45,339 nucleotides of DNA from an uncultured Candidatus Saccharibacteria bacterium (GTDB taxonomy: Bacteria; Patescibacteriota; Saccharimonadia; Saccharimonadales; JANWIN01): positions 1-45,339 of the forward strand of contig CAZFNQ010000003.1 in assembly GCA_964520375.1 (NCBI GenBank), in the 5' to 3' direction. The stretch's first letter is position 1, and every line of letters begins with the position of its first letter. The position numbers and the translations under genes are program-made. The notes under the pieces are model-generated. The model had not been told where the DNA came from, did not search any database, and saw only the letters and a list, made by a program, of their open reading frames with translations. Below are positions 30,199 through 39,131 of this stretch, piece after piece.

Positions 30199-31650
30199 GT
30201 GAGTGAGTTACTCGCACCAGAAATACATGATAAATGTGCTGTGGCGGGAGCTTCTACTTCAAATTCCGAGATTAATGTTACCGAGCAAGTCTTTCTAGCC
30301 CTGGATGCTCTGCAGCATCGTGGTGATGCTGGCAGCGGTTTAGTAGCCCTAACATTTGATGGTAAATTTGATTTCCACAGAGGTGCCGGTTTAGTAAAAG
30401 ACGTATATACTACCGAGGATTTAGAGCAACTAGCTGGTACTAGCGCGATTGGCAACAACCGTTATCCCACCTCTGGCAAAGGTTTCCATCCCCAGCCAGT
30501 TATTCTTGACGATGTCAAGCTGGCACTTGGTATGAATGGGACTCTTTCAGTTACTGATGAACTTGAATCATTTTTAAGCGCCTCCAACATACATGTTGAC
30601 GATGATAATGACACCGAAATGATAACCTACGGTCTGGCCCAGTTTATGCGCCAAGGCATGGAGTTGCCCGATGCTGTTGAACGCATATTTCCACTTTTAA
30701 AAGGTGCCTTTTCAATCGTGGCTCAGCACCGTGAAATGGTGGTAGCTTTTCGGGATCACTTAGGCATTAGGCCATACAGTTTAGCCGAAATTCAAGACGG
30801 CTTTATGGTTTCGTCTGAAACTTGCGGATTCTACCCAAGTCACGCTAAATTCGTCAGAGACGTCGTTCCAGGCGAAATGATAGTTATGACCAAAGGCGAT
30901 ATGGAATCACGCCAAATTGCCGAGCCTAATCCTAAGCGGGATATTTTTGAGGACGTTTATTTTAGCCGAATAGATAGTGAACAAGGCGGTGAATCTGTTG
31001 GCCAAAGACGGTACCGGATGGGTCAAGAATTAGCCCAACAGTACCCGCTGGAGGGTGATAATTATTTGGTTGTAGGTGTGCCAGAATCTGCCCTACCAAT
31101 CGCTGAGGGGTATGCTAATACCACTGGTCTGGAAAAACGAGATGTGCTCGTAAAGCATCGCTTTCGCGGTGGCCGGTCTTTTCAGCAAGCAACCCAAAAG
31201 CAGCGTCGTCAATATTTAGAACGTAAGTTTAGTTATGTCTCTGGAGTAGCCGATAACCGCGATGTCATATTAGTTGATGATTCAATTGTTAGGTTAAATA
31301 CTGCCAGGGTTGTTAAAAACTTGCTGATGAGGGCTGGTGCCAAGTCGGTGACGTTTTTAGTCGGCTCACCGCCAATTGGCTATCCTGACTTCTCCGGAAT
31401 CGATACCCCAAAACAAAATAAGTTGATTGCTTCTCATTTGACACCAGAACAAATTAGACAAAAAATTGGTTGCAAAGGCCTGGGTTATTTAGCCCTGAGT
31501 CGATTGATAAGAGCCACAGGCCAACCGGCAGACGTCTTTAATCTGGCTAGTTTTACCGGCAAGTACCCATATGAAATAGGTAGCCATGACAAACACATTA
31601 GGGATTCGGTTAGCTTGGATTATTTAGAAAACGCCTCAGCAATGGGCTAG
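30199..31650 (+). CDS. purF: Amidophosphoribosyltransferase-like protein, divergent (GTG start 30199)
   Basis: HDKCAV propeptide/Cys, LQHRG, SET, GVPES, LVDDSIVR, GIDTP; TATAAT 30168-30173 and GGAGG 30186-30190. Confidence 0.85.
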   Translation: MSELLAPEIHDKCAVAGASTSNSEINVTEQVFLALDALQHRGDAGSGLVALTFDGKFDFHRGAGLVKDVYTTEDLEQLAGTSAIGNNRYPTSGKGFHPQPVILDDVKLALGMNGTLSVTDELESFLSASNIHVDDDNDTEMITYGLAQFMRQGMELPDAVERIFPLLKGAFSIVAQHREMVVAFRDHLGIRPYSLAEIQDGFMVSSETCGFYPSHAKFVRDVVPGEMIVMTKGDMESRQIAEPNPKRDIFEDVYFSRIDSEQGGESVGQRRYRMGQELAQQYPLEGDNYLVVGVPESALPIAEGYANTTGLEKRDVLVKHRFRGGRSFQQATQKQRRQYLERKFSYVSGVADNRDVILVDDSIVRLNTARVVKNLLMRAGAKSVTFLVGSPPIGYPDFSGIDTPKQNKLIASHLTPEQIRQKIGCKGLGYLALSRLIRATGQPADVFNLASFTGKYPYEIGSHDKHIRDSVSLDYLENASAMG

Positions 31651-31660
31651 ACTATTAGCT

Positions 31661-32155
31661 ATGGCACAGTTTAGTTTTGATATTGTCAGTGATTATGACA
31701 AGGCCGAGATGAATAACGTCTTCGACCAAGTCCAGCGGGAAATTACCACCCGTTATGATTTCAAGGGAACTCCGGCCCAACTGGAATGGCTGGACGATAG
31801 AGATGGTTTCAAGGTAACCGGCAATGGTGACTGGCAGATCGATGCAATTTTGGATATTGTTCGCAAGAAATTAGCTAACCGCGGACAGAGCCAAAAAGCT
31901 CTAGATACGTCGGCAATTGCTGACAATAGTAACCTAAAATCTGTTAAGAAGGTTCACTTTAGGCATGGGCTGGATCAAGATAAGGCCAAGAAAATAACCA
32001 GTCTGATCCGTGATAAATTCCCTAAGATTAAAACACTAATTCAAGGTGACACTGTACGTGTGATCAGCTCGGCCAAAGATGACCTCCAAGCCGTTATGCA
32101 ACTAATCAAAACCCAGGACTTTGATTTTCCCGTCAACTTCACCAATTACCGCTAG
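31661..32155 (+). CDS. yajQ: YajQ family nucleotide-binding protein
   Basis: SFDIVS, RYDFKG, IQGD.VRV, KDDLQ, F.NYR. Confidence 0.95.
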   Translation: MAQFSFDIVSDYDKAEMNNVFDQVQREITTRYDFKGTPAQLEWLDDRDGFKVTGNGDWQIDAILDIVRKKLANRGQSQKALDTSAIADNSNLKSVKKVHFRHGLDQDKAKKITSLIRDKFPKIKTLIQGDTVRVISSAKDDLQAVMQLIKTQDFDFPVNFTNYR

Positions 32156-32167
32156 GCTGCCAACAGG

Positions 32168-32210
32168 TTGACAACTAGGAAAACAAGCTTAAAATTGCCT
32201 TTAGGAGAAT
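32168..32210 (+). repeat. Duplicated promoter+RBS cassette, copy 1
   Basis: TTGACA-16-TAAAAT then TTAGGAGAA; near-identical to 32909-32951. Confidence 0.85.
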
Positions 32211-32221
32211 TAAAAATATAA

Positions 32222-32896
32222 ATGACGAAAAATGTCGCAAAGAAAAGGGCCAATCGTAAATTCTCATTCCCCAAAAGGCCGCGTTTCATTGTTGCCATCC
32301 TCTTTATAATGGTTTTTGCTAGTATAGGCGTCTATAGACTTACTAGAAGTCATGCCCTCACCACAATGCCTGCTACGTATGTGTCGACCTATCCTAGTTG
32401 CACGCCGATGTGTCATACCACCGGTGAATGGGCGGGTTTTAATTTGGAAATGTCAAGAGATGGCTCGATAATAGATGTACCGATTTGGAGATGGCCTGCC
32501 GGCTCACTTAAAGATAGCGTCAATTATAAGTATCAAACGAGTCACTACTTCCAATGGGGGCCTTACCATTCTGTGTACATTCCAACCAACAGGACAGGTC
32601 TACATGTCTGTTTTCATTATGCACCGTGGGGAATGGTCAATAACGGAGGATATATACGGCTTGGTACGAATTTAAACTATTCCGGAATTACTAGAGACAA
32701 TGGTACTTCTTGGTTTGAGCAAGAAATAGAACTTAAAGGCCGTGATCTGCTCCCACAGATGGTGAGATATTGCGCCTACTATCCGCTACAAAAAGGACGT
32801 ACCTATTATAATGTCGAATACCGCCTGAAGGTCAGATCAACAACAGATACAGATGCCCAGCTTGATCTCTGGAAGACAACTGTAGCTTACTACTAA
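32222..32896 (+). CDS. Secreted beta-rich protein, paralog A
   Basis: Basic N-region, hydrophobic core, SHA cleavage-like site; motifs shared with 32963-33661. Confidence 0.85.
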   Translation: MTKNVAKKRANRKFSFPKRPRFIVAILFIMVFASIGVYRLTRSHALTTMPATYVSTYPSCTPMCHTTGEWAGFNLEMSRDGSIIDVPIWRWPAGSLKDSVNYKYQTSHYFQWGPYHSVYIPTNRTGLHVCFHYAPWGMVNNGGYIRLGTNLNYSGITRDNGTSWFEQEIELKGRDLLPQMVRYCAYYPLQKGRTYYNVEYRLKVRSTTDTDAQLDLWKTTVAYY

Positions 32897-32908
32897 GTCG
32901 CTAACACG

Positions 32909-32951
32909 TTGACATCTGAAAAAACAAGCTTAAAATTGGCTTTAGGAGAAC
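32909..32951 (+). repeat. Duplicated promoter+RBS cassette, copy 2
   Basis: TTGACAtctgaaAAAACAAGCTTAAAATTGgcTTTAGGAGAA. Confidence 0.85.
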
Positions 32952-32962
32952 TAAAATTAAAA

Positions 32963-33661
32963 ATGCCAAAAAAAGATACTAAAAAGAAGTTCTACGGCAA
33001 GATGTCTCCAATCAAGCTGTCAAAGATAATCGTAGTTCTGGTTTTCGTCGCAGTGTTTGCGGGTATTGGCGTAAAACAATTGGGGCTTGGTCATGCCGCC
33101 GTTGCCTTGCCGGCCGATTTTTACACAACCGATACTAGATTCGGTCATACCACAGGAAGTTGGTTGCCGACCAGTGTTGCTGAGCGCCTTGGTGGAGTAA
33201 GGAGATTTGTCAATGTTAGAAGATGGCCAGCCACGCTTACGCATATCGATAGTTATCAAAAAGGCCATTTCCTGCAGTTTGGACCATATGTTGACATAGT
33301 AATCCCTGGCAACAAAACTGGCCTACACATTTGTAACTACTACAGCGCCTGGAATGTGCTCGGATACTCAGGCTGGGTCAGAGTTTATACCGATCTGACT
33401 GATGCTGAGGATTTGAATTTTTTTGGGACGGCACGTGATCCGTATCTTTATTACAAGGATAAAGTCACAGAATATCCAAGAGACAGATATAACACACCAA
33501 CCTTATTTTCCCACTGCCACAATTATGATTTTAACGATTTAACCTTGGGAGTTGGTGGACCACAAACCCGGCACAAGGTTGAATTTCGTGTAAGAGTCTA
33601 TGATGCTAGCGATCAGTTTGCGGTTGTGGATCTTTGGGATACGCAGGTATCCCTTTACTAA
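32963..33661 (+). CDS. Secreted beta-rich protein, paralog B (start revised to ATG 32963)
   Basis: The track's TTG start is the -35 box; ATG 32963 follows AGGAG; signal peptide ending GHA. Confidence 0.85.
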   Translation: MPKKDTKKKFYGKMSPIKLSKIIVVLVFVAVFAGIGVKQLGLGHAAVALPADFYTTDTRFGHTTGSWLPTSVAERLGGVRRFVNVRRWPATLTHIDSYQKGHFLQFGPYVDIVIPGNKTGLHICNYYSAWNVLGYSGWVRVYTDLTDAEDLNFFGTARDPYLYYKDKVTEYPRDRYNTPTLFSHCHNYDFNDLTLGVGGPQTRHKVEFRVRVYDASDQFAVVDLWDTQVSLY

Positions 33662-33709
33662 GCCCTATTAACCTTCTTTAGTTAAGTAGCCCTGATCATA
33701 AGCCGTTCA

Positions 33710-34849
33710 CTAGTACGCTGTAATATCAGATAGTAGAACTTTTTGCCCCCGGTTTGTGCGAACACCTATAAGCTCTTGAATATTGCTAATACCCTCTTGT
33801 GCTACTACAAGTTGTAGACCTTTGGATATCTTTGAGGCTATGCGCCCTCGATGTTCTACCATGGCAGTAAGAACTTGCACAGCAGATGCACCCGACTTTA
33901 TTCGGTTAACAGCTGCAAGTACTGTGTTAATGCCACCCACACCTATGATTTCTAGCTTATCACCAGCTTGTTCATAAATGTGCCGAACAACTTCATTAGC
34001 CCTCATCTGATATTCGTAATCAGCTCCACTTAATCCGCCCATCATGTTTGCCCAGCGTTCTCCATATTTTGCTTTGATTCGCTGGTTAGTGGTGGTGTTA
34101 ATAGCAATAATACCGGCTGCCTTTTGTTCAATAGCCACCTCAATTATGTCATGTATTTCTTCTAAACTACGATCACCGTCTATCTTGTAGAATAATGGTT
34201 TAACACCTCCCTCAGCTGACATGGCATCATTGGTAGCTATCGTAATATCAGTTAATGGTCCCTTTGCTTGCAGTCCTCTGACCTGCTCAGTATTTGGAGA
34301 GGAAACCCCTAAAACTACATAACTTGCAAACGGATAAATCCATTTCACCACCTCGGCGTGCGCCCAGGCTGCTTTATCGGCTGGCATAAGTTTATTGAGA
34401 CCAATATTTACGCCAACCGGGCAAGGTAATTTTCCGGTAGCCTCAAGATTACGTCCGACCCTCTCTGCGCCAATGCTGTTAAAGCCTAGTCTGTTGAAAC
34501 CTACGCTGTGAGTAGAATTAATTGTCCATAAACGAGGTTTATCATTGCCATATTGTCCGAATAAAGGCACGGTGCCGACTTCTACTCCACCAAAGCCAAG
34601 ATCATATAATCCTTTAACAGCCCAACCCTTTTTGTCCCAGCCGGCCGCCACCAATACTGGATTCTCAAAATCAATACCGGCAACAATTGTCGAAAGTGCC
34701 GGGTCTACAATTCTTCCCTCCCTACCAAAGGCATAACGTTCAACTATCTTTTCACCGATTGCGTATTTCCCGAGCATGTGAAGCGTAAATTCTGCAGCAG
34801 TTTTTAGGCCTTCCCCTTCTAGTATTTCAAGGTTTTTTCTTACCTCCAT
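33710..34849 (-). CDS. pyrD: Dihydroorotate dehydrogenase class 2-like, divergent
   Basis: AAGWDK, Q.GN.KPRL, NRLGFNS.G, NIG.NK, SSPNT, NTT, GGLSG, GVGGI, GASAVQ. Confidence 0.85.
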   Translation of the reverse strand: MEVRKNLEILEGEGLKTAAEFTLHMLGKYAIGEKIVERYAFGREGRIVDPALSTIVAGIDFENPVLVAAGWDKKGWAVKGLYDLGFGGVEVGTVPLFGQYGNDKPRLWTINSTHSVGFNRLGFNSIGAERVGRNLEATGKLPCPVGVNIGLNKLMPADKAAWAHAEVVKWIYPFASYVVLGVSSPNTEQVRGLQAKGPLTDITIATNDAMSAEGGVKPLFYKIDGDRSLEEIHDIIEVAIEQKAAGIIAINTTTNQRIKAKYGERWANMMGGLSGADYEYQMRANEVVRHIYEQAGDKLEIIGVGGINTVLAAVNRIKSGASAVQVLTAMVEHRGRIASKISKGLQLVVAQEGISNIQELIGVRTNRGQKVLLSDITAY

Positions 34850-34873
34850 ACTAAACCTTAGCTCCTCTTTGCA

Positions 34874-35224
34874 TTATTGATCTTCTCTAGTTAAATAGCC
34901 CTGCTCATACGCCCATTCACTGGTACGCTGTAATATCAAATCGTATTGACCTTGTGCTTCTTTAGGGTAGTCTATTGTTTTGCCAAGGCTATGAGCTATT
35001 ATCCATATAGCTTGCATTCGCCACCACCCGCGTTTATCTTCAGCTAAAAGATCTTCCAAGAGTTTAGGTAGAGCCCGTTCACCATGGGCCAAGATAAGCT
35101 GAAAAGCCATATTATTTTCGAAACCATGTGATAGAAGCCTTGTCTCGACATCAACTCGCGCTGAAAGTTCAGACAGTTCACTTTTCAAAGCCTCATTTGC
35201 CTCTACGCTATTATGCGGTTCCAC
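34874..35224 (-). CDS. Small helical hypothetical protein
   Basis: GTG start; 24 nt upstream of pyrD, same strand. Confidence 0.7.
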   Translation of the reverse strand: MEPHNSVEANEALKSELSELSARVDVETRLLSHGFENNMAFQLILAHGERALPKLLEDLLAEDKRGWWRMQAIWIIAHSLGKTIDYPKEAQGQYDLILQRTSEWAYEQGYLTREDQ

Positions 35225-35297
35225 AATTTTATGGTGAGACTCAAATCAAATTTATGCAAGCATGAGCAAGATAGATTGCTCATGTATACTTAGGCTT

Positions 35298-36638
35298 ATG
35301 GAAGAAAAGGCGGCTCAGGAACTGACTCCTAAAAAAATGCTAGAAGAAGCTAAAGCCGTGTTGGAAATGAATGACCAGGGTATTTTTACAATACCGGCAG
35401 AGGGTTTGTACCCTCATCAGTGGTTATGGGATAGTTGTTTTATAGCCATTGGTCTTCGTCACTTTAACGTAGAGCGGGCCCAGCAGGAAATTATGAGTTT
35501 GCTGCGAGGTCAGTGGGCTAATGGCATGTTACCGCACATGATTTTCGACAAAAGCTTGCGCTACCGCCAGGACCGCAATATTTGGCGTAGTTGGGTAAAC
35601 CCGTTTGCGCCAGATGGTATCACTACCAGCGGTATAACCCAGCCGCCCTTGCTGGCTGAAGCCGTGGTCCGGATTGGTGAGAAATTATCTTTACCGGAGC
35701 GTCGGACTTGGTATCATCAGGTTTATCCGGCTCTACTTGCCTACCATGAATGGCTGTACAAAGAGCGTGATCCTCATCAGGAGGGGCTGGTGCTGCAAAT
35801 CCACCCATATGAAGTCGGTTTGGATAACACACCGCCGTGGCTAGACCAGCTGCATGAGCACAACCGGCCATGGTGGATAGCCCTGCTGGAAAAAACTCAT
35901 TTGGATGCTCTAGTTAACTTGTTTAGGCGTGACACCCAACATGTGCCTCCCGGCCAGCGCATGACTAATATTGATGCCCTGTTGTATTTTGACGTCATCC
36001 GCCGATTACGCCGCAAACGCTACAGTATTGACGCCATTTTGACCCGTTCTCTATTTGCCATTGAAGATTTGACCTTCAATTCCATATTTATTCGAGCCAA
36101 CCATTGTCTGGAGCATATCGCCACGGCTATTAAGCAGAGCCTGCCGGACGAGCTTGAACAATCCATGAATAAAAGCGAAAAGGCCTTCGAGCAGTTGTGG
36201 GATCCCTATACCGGTCAGTACTATTCGCGTAACTTCGTTACCCATAAGCTTATAAAAGAGCCGTCTATTGCCTCACTTATGCCACTGTATAGTGGTGCTA
36301 TTAGCCAGGAGCGAGCCGAGCAATTGGTGACTATGCTTAAAAACAAGCATCTTTATAGCGCCAGGTTTCCGGTACCTAGTGTGCCGCTTAATTCGGCTTG
36401 GTTCAAGCCTCTTGCCTATTGGCAAGGCCCAACTTGGCTTAATACCAATTGGTTGATTATTGATGGGCTGAAGCGTTATAAATTTCATGACGAGGCCCAG
36501 CAGCTGATGGAGTCTTGTCTAGAGCTAGTTAAAACTTCAGGTTACTTTGAGTATTTTTCGCCGTTGGACGCCCAGCCAGCGGGAGCGGCTAATTTTAGTT
36601 GGACGGCCGCCCTAGCCATTGATTTACTGGAAAAATAA
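35298..36638 (+). CDS. GH63-like (alpha/alpha)6 glycoside hydrolase, mannosyl/glucosylglycerate hydrolase-like (start revised to ATG 35298)
   Basis: YPHQWLWDS, TSGITQPP, HP.E.GLDN, YWQGPTW, FEYF, FSWTAA. Confidence 0.85.
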   Translation: MEEKAAQELTPKKMLEEAKAVLEMNDQGIFTIPAEGLYPHQWLWDSCFIAIGLRHFNVERAQQEIMSLLRGQWANGMLPHMIFDKSLRYRQDRNIWRSWVNPFAPDGITTSGITQPPLLAEAVVRIGEKLSLPERRTWYHQVYPALLAYHEWLYKERDPHQEGLVLQIHPYEVGLDNTPPWLDQLHEHNRPWWIALLEKTHLDALVNLFRRDTQHVPPGQRMTNIDALLYFDVIRRLRRKRYSIDAILTRSLFAIEDLTFNSIFIRANHCLEHIATAIKQSLPDELEQSMNKSEKAFEQLWDPYTGQYYSRNFVTHKLIKEPSIASLMPLYSGAISQERAEQLVTMLKNKHLYSARFPVPSVPLNSAWFKPLAYWQGPTWLNTNWLIIDGLKRYKFHDEAQQLMESCLELVKTSGYFEYFSPLDAQPAGAANFSWTAALAIDLLEK

Positions 36639-36672
36639 GTTATAGTAATTGTAACTTAATCTAGGTTGGCTA

Positions 36673-37431
36673 ATGTTCGAACATGAGATTGAATACCCGG
36701 CTGAATTTTCTCAACTGCCACTGCGTGAATTGTTGCGCCTTAGTCAAACCAATGTAACTGTTAATGATCATATGTTAGGTCTGCAGTATGCAGCTGCGGC
36801 CTATGACAAGGGACAGGACCCTGAGTTCGGGGCTACTGATAAAGCCGCGTCAGGTGAAGCGGCTGCCAAAGCAGGTTTTAGGGCTGAACAAGCCGATTTT
36901 AATCCGGAAATAGTTGAAGACTGGTTTGTCAGATCACTTGACGCGCTCCGGGGCAGAGATCCCAGTTTCAACCGCGAACGAATCGCCACCTTATTGTTAG
37001 GCGGCAGAGCTCTGGCACTGAGAGAGGTACGGACTGGGGAATTCGTTGTACCAGTCAGGAGTTGGTTTATGGAAGGCGAGCTAAATCTCAATCGCCAACA
37101 TTCTAGGGGCCGAGCTTGGGATCGTTATGCTACTATGCTTTATAAATTCTGGGCAACGTACGAAGCTATGTCAGAGTTGGGCGGCCGACGCGAAGCATCT
37201 ATGCTGGCGCTAAGGGGGATATATAGGGCCATTGGCGCAAAAAATGACAACTTTACTAATGAAAATAATAATGAGGGGCGAGCTAAAGCATTAGCCAAAC
37301 ATGGTGGCTTTGTCATAAAACAGACCGGTGGCAATATAATGGCAGCTGGCCTGGCATTAACTCGACCACTTGAGAGTAATAAGGTTGTGCAAAAAGCGCG
37401 TCGTCGGGTTGCCCTAAGTATTCTTGGATAA
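36673..37431 (+). CDS. Hypothetical protein
   Basis: 252-aa ORF filling the gap; upstream TTGATT-16-TATAGT. Confidence 0.7.
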   Translation: MFEHEIEYPAEFSQLPLRELLRLSQTNVTVNDHMLGLQYAAAAYDKGQDPEFGATDKAASGEAAAKAGFRAEQADFNPEIVEDWFVRSLDALRGRDPSFNRERIATLLLGGRALALREVRTGEFVVPVRSWFMEGELNLNRQHSRGRAWDRYATMLYKFWATYEAMSELGGRREASMLALRGIYRAIGAKNDNFTNENNNEGRAKALAKHGGFVIKQTGGNIMAAGLALTRPLESNKVVQKARRRVALSILG

Positions 37432-37436
37432 TACGG

Positions 37437-38042
37437 CTAGTGCGGGCCAAAGAAGTACCAAAAGCGGTGAATTATTAGAGCCGTGATTACTAAGTACCAG
37501 AGGATTAAAAAGCCCAGGTGATTGGTTTGGGCCAAGGCCACGGCTTTTTTAAGAGCCATCGGCGTTCTAATATAGCCCTGTTTTAGGTTATAAAGAAAAG
37601 TGTACCAGAATATAGCTATAGTTACTGTCCAGACGGCCATGCAATATAGGCACAGTGCGCCAATACGGTAGACACTTTCAAAAAACAACCAGTGCGCAAA
37701 CAGCAGACCAAACAACGTGCCGACTTGCAGCCCCAGCCAAAACCAGCGCTTGAATTTAGCGCCGGCCAGCTGGGCCATGCCAATAGTCAGTAAGGCGCCA
37801 AAACCAGCCAAACCGATAGTCGGGTTGGGGACACTAAAGGCGTTGGCTTGGGCGCTTTTCATAACTGAGGTGCAGCTAAATATCGGGTTTAGGTTGCAGT
37901 TGGGCTGAAAGCTGGCGTTTTGTAGCAGCTTTATCTTATCGTTCATTAAAACGAAGGCAGCGATTAGTCCAATGACGGCGCCGACAATTAAAATATAAGG
38001 ATAAAGCCTCTCCCAGTTCCGAATTGGGGTTGGCTTACTCAC
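37437..38042 (-). CDS. Vitamin K epoxide reductase family protein
   Basis: CNLNPIFSC.SVM.S.QA, PN..IG, CLYC; multiple TMs. Confidence 0.93.
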   Translation of the reverse strand: MSKPTPIRNWERLYPYILIVGAVIGLIAAFVLMNDKIKLLQNASFQPNCNLNPIFSCTSVMKSAQANAFSVPNPTIGLAGFGALLTIGMAQLAGAKFKRWFWLGLQVGTLFGLLFAHWLFFESVYRIGALCLYCMAVWTVTIAIFWYTFLYNLKQGYIRTPMALKKAVALAQTNHLGFLILWYLVITALIIHRFWYFFGPH

Positions 38043-39096
38043 TATTGTCCTCTGATGGCCTTTCTAGCAGCATAGTTTCCATATTGGCTTCACCGCCAAC
38101 AACTTTGACCACATCTTTATCGATTTTACCAAGCTCTTTGTGGGCAGTATTATAGTGGTTTACGGTCGTACCTAGGGAACTACCGAGTTTTTGCATATAA
38201 CCATTATAGGCTATTAAATGCTTGCCGAGTTGTTCAATATTTTTGCGGATTTTTTCGGTGTCTTTGTGAATGGCCATGGAGCGCAGTCCCTGTACTATAA
38301 TCTGCAACATGGCCGATAGGGTACTGGGGCCGACTATCGTAACTTTTTTCTCCACAGCCGCGTACTGCATTAAGTCGCGTCCGCTGACGCCGCTCAGCCC
38401 GACTTTGTTAGCCAGCAGATCATAATATATCGCTTCACTGGGTATAAACATCAGGGCTTGCTCCAAAGTACCATTCTCGGGACGCACATACTTGGAGGTC
38501 TCATCTATCCGCCGTTTTAAATCCTCTTTAAAGGCCCGCTCCAGTAGAGGCCGCTCGGTCGATTTGGCGTCGACCAGTCGGTTGTAGTTTTCCAGGCTGA
38601 ATTTAGAGTCGATCGGCAATAGTTTATCGTCCAGTTTTATAACCGCATCCACCACCACAGTCTCGGCCAATTTGTACTGCAGTTGGTATGAGCCTGGTGG
38701 TAAGATATTCTTAAGTATCTGTTCCAGGTAATACTCGCCCAGTACACCGCGCTGTTTGGGGTTTTGGAGTACATTTTGCAGGGTTTTTAGTTCATCGGCT
38801 ACACCAACTACGCGCTTGTTGGTTTCATCTAGCTTAGTAAGTTGCTCAGTGACGTTTTTTATAAGTCTAGCGCTGGCATCTAGTTGCCGGCTCATACTAG
38901 ATTGGTTTTTGTCTAGTCCCTCGCTTAACTTGCCGGATAGTCCGTCTTGAAGTTTTGCCATTTGCTGCTGCATTGCAATCAGGTCTTGCTTTATTAATAG
39001 CGCGCTGCTGCTGTCGTTTGTATTATTGTTCTTTCGGACAAACAATATTAGTAGCGCCAAACACAGAACACCCAATATAATCACCGCAATAAGCAT
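38035..39096 (-). CDS. rmuC: RmuC-family protein
   Basis: N-terminal TM, coiled coil, RGVLGE, PIDSKFSLE, ALMFIPSE, PSTL. Confidence 0.93.
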   Translation of the reverse strand: MLIAVIILGVLCLALLILFVRKNNNTNDSSSALLIKQDLIAMQQQMAKLQDGLSGKLSEGLDKNQSSMSRQLDASARLIKNVTEQLTKLDETNKRVVGVADELKTLQNVLQNPKQRGVLGEYYLEQILKNILPPGSYQLQYKLAETVVVDAVIKLDDKLLPIDSKFSLENYNRLVDAKSTERPLLERAFKEDLKRRIDETSKYVRPENGTLEQALMFIPSEAIYYDLLANKVGLSGVSGRDLMQYAAVEKKVTIVGPSTLSAMLQIIVQGLRSMAIHKDTEKIRKNIEQLGKHLIAYNGYMQKLGSSLGTTVNHYNTAHKELGKIDKDVVKVVGGEANMETMLLERPSEDNSE

Positions 39097-39131
39097 AGCT
39101 ATATTCTACAGTGAACAGACTTGCTATGCCA

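Noticed and set aside
32168-32951. Repeat as CRISPR, attC or DGR element
   Set aside because: Only two imperfect copies, explained as promoter+RBS; no cas, integrase or reverse transcriptase in the window
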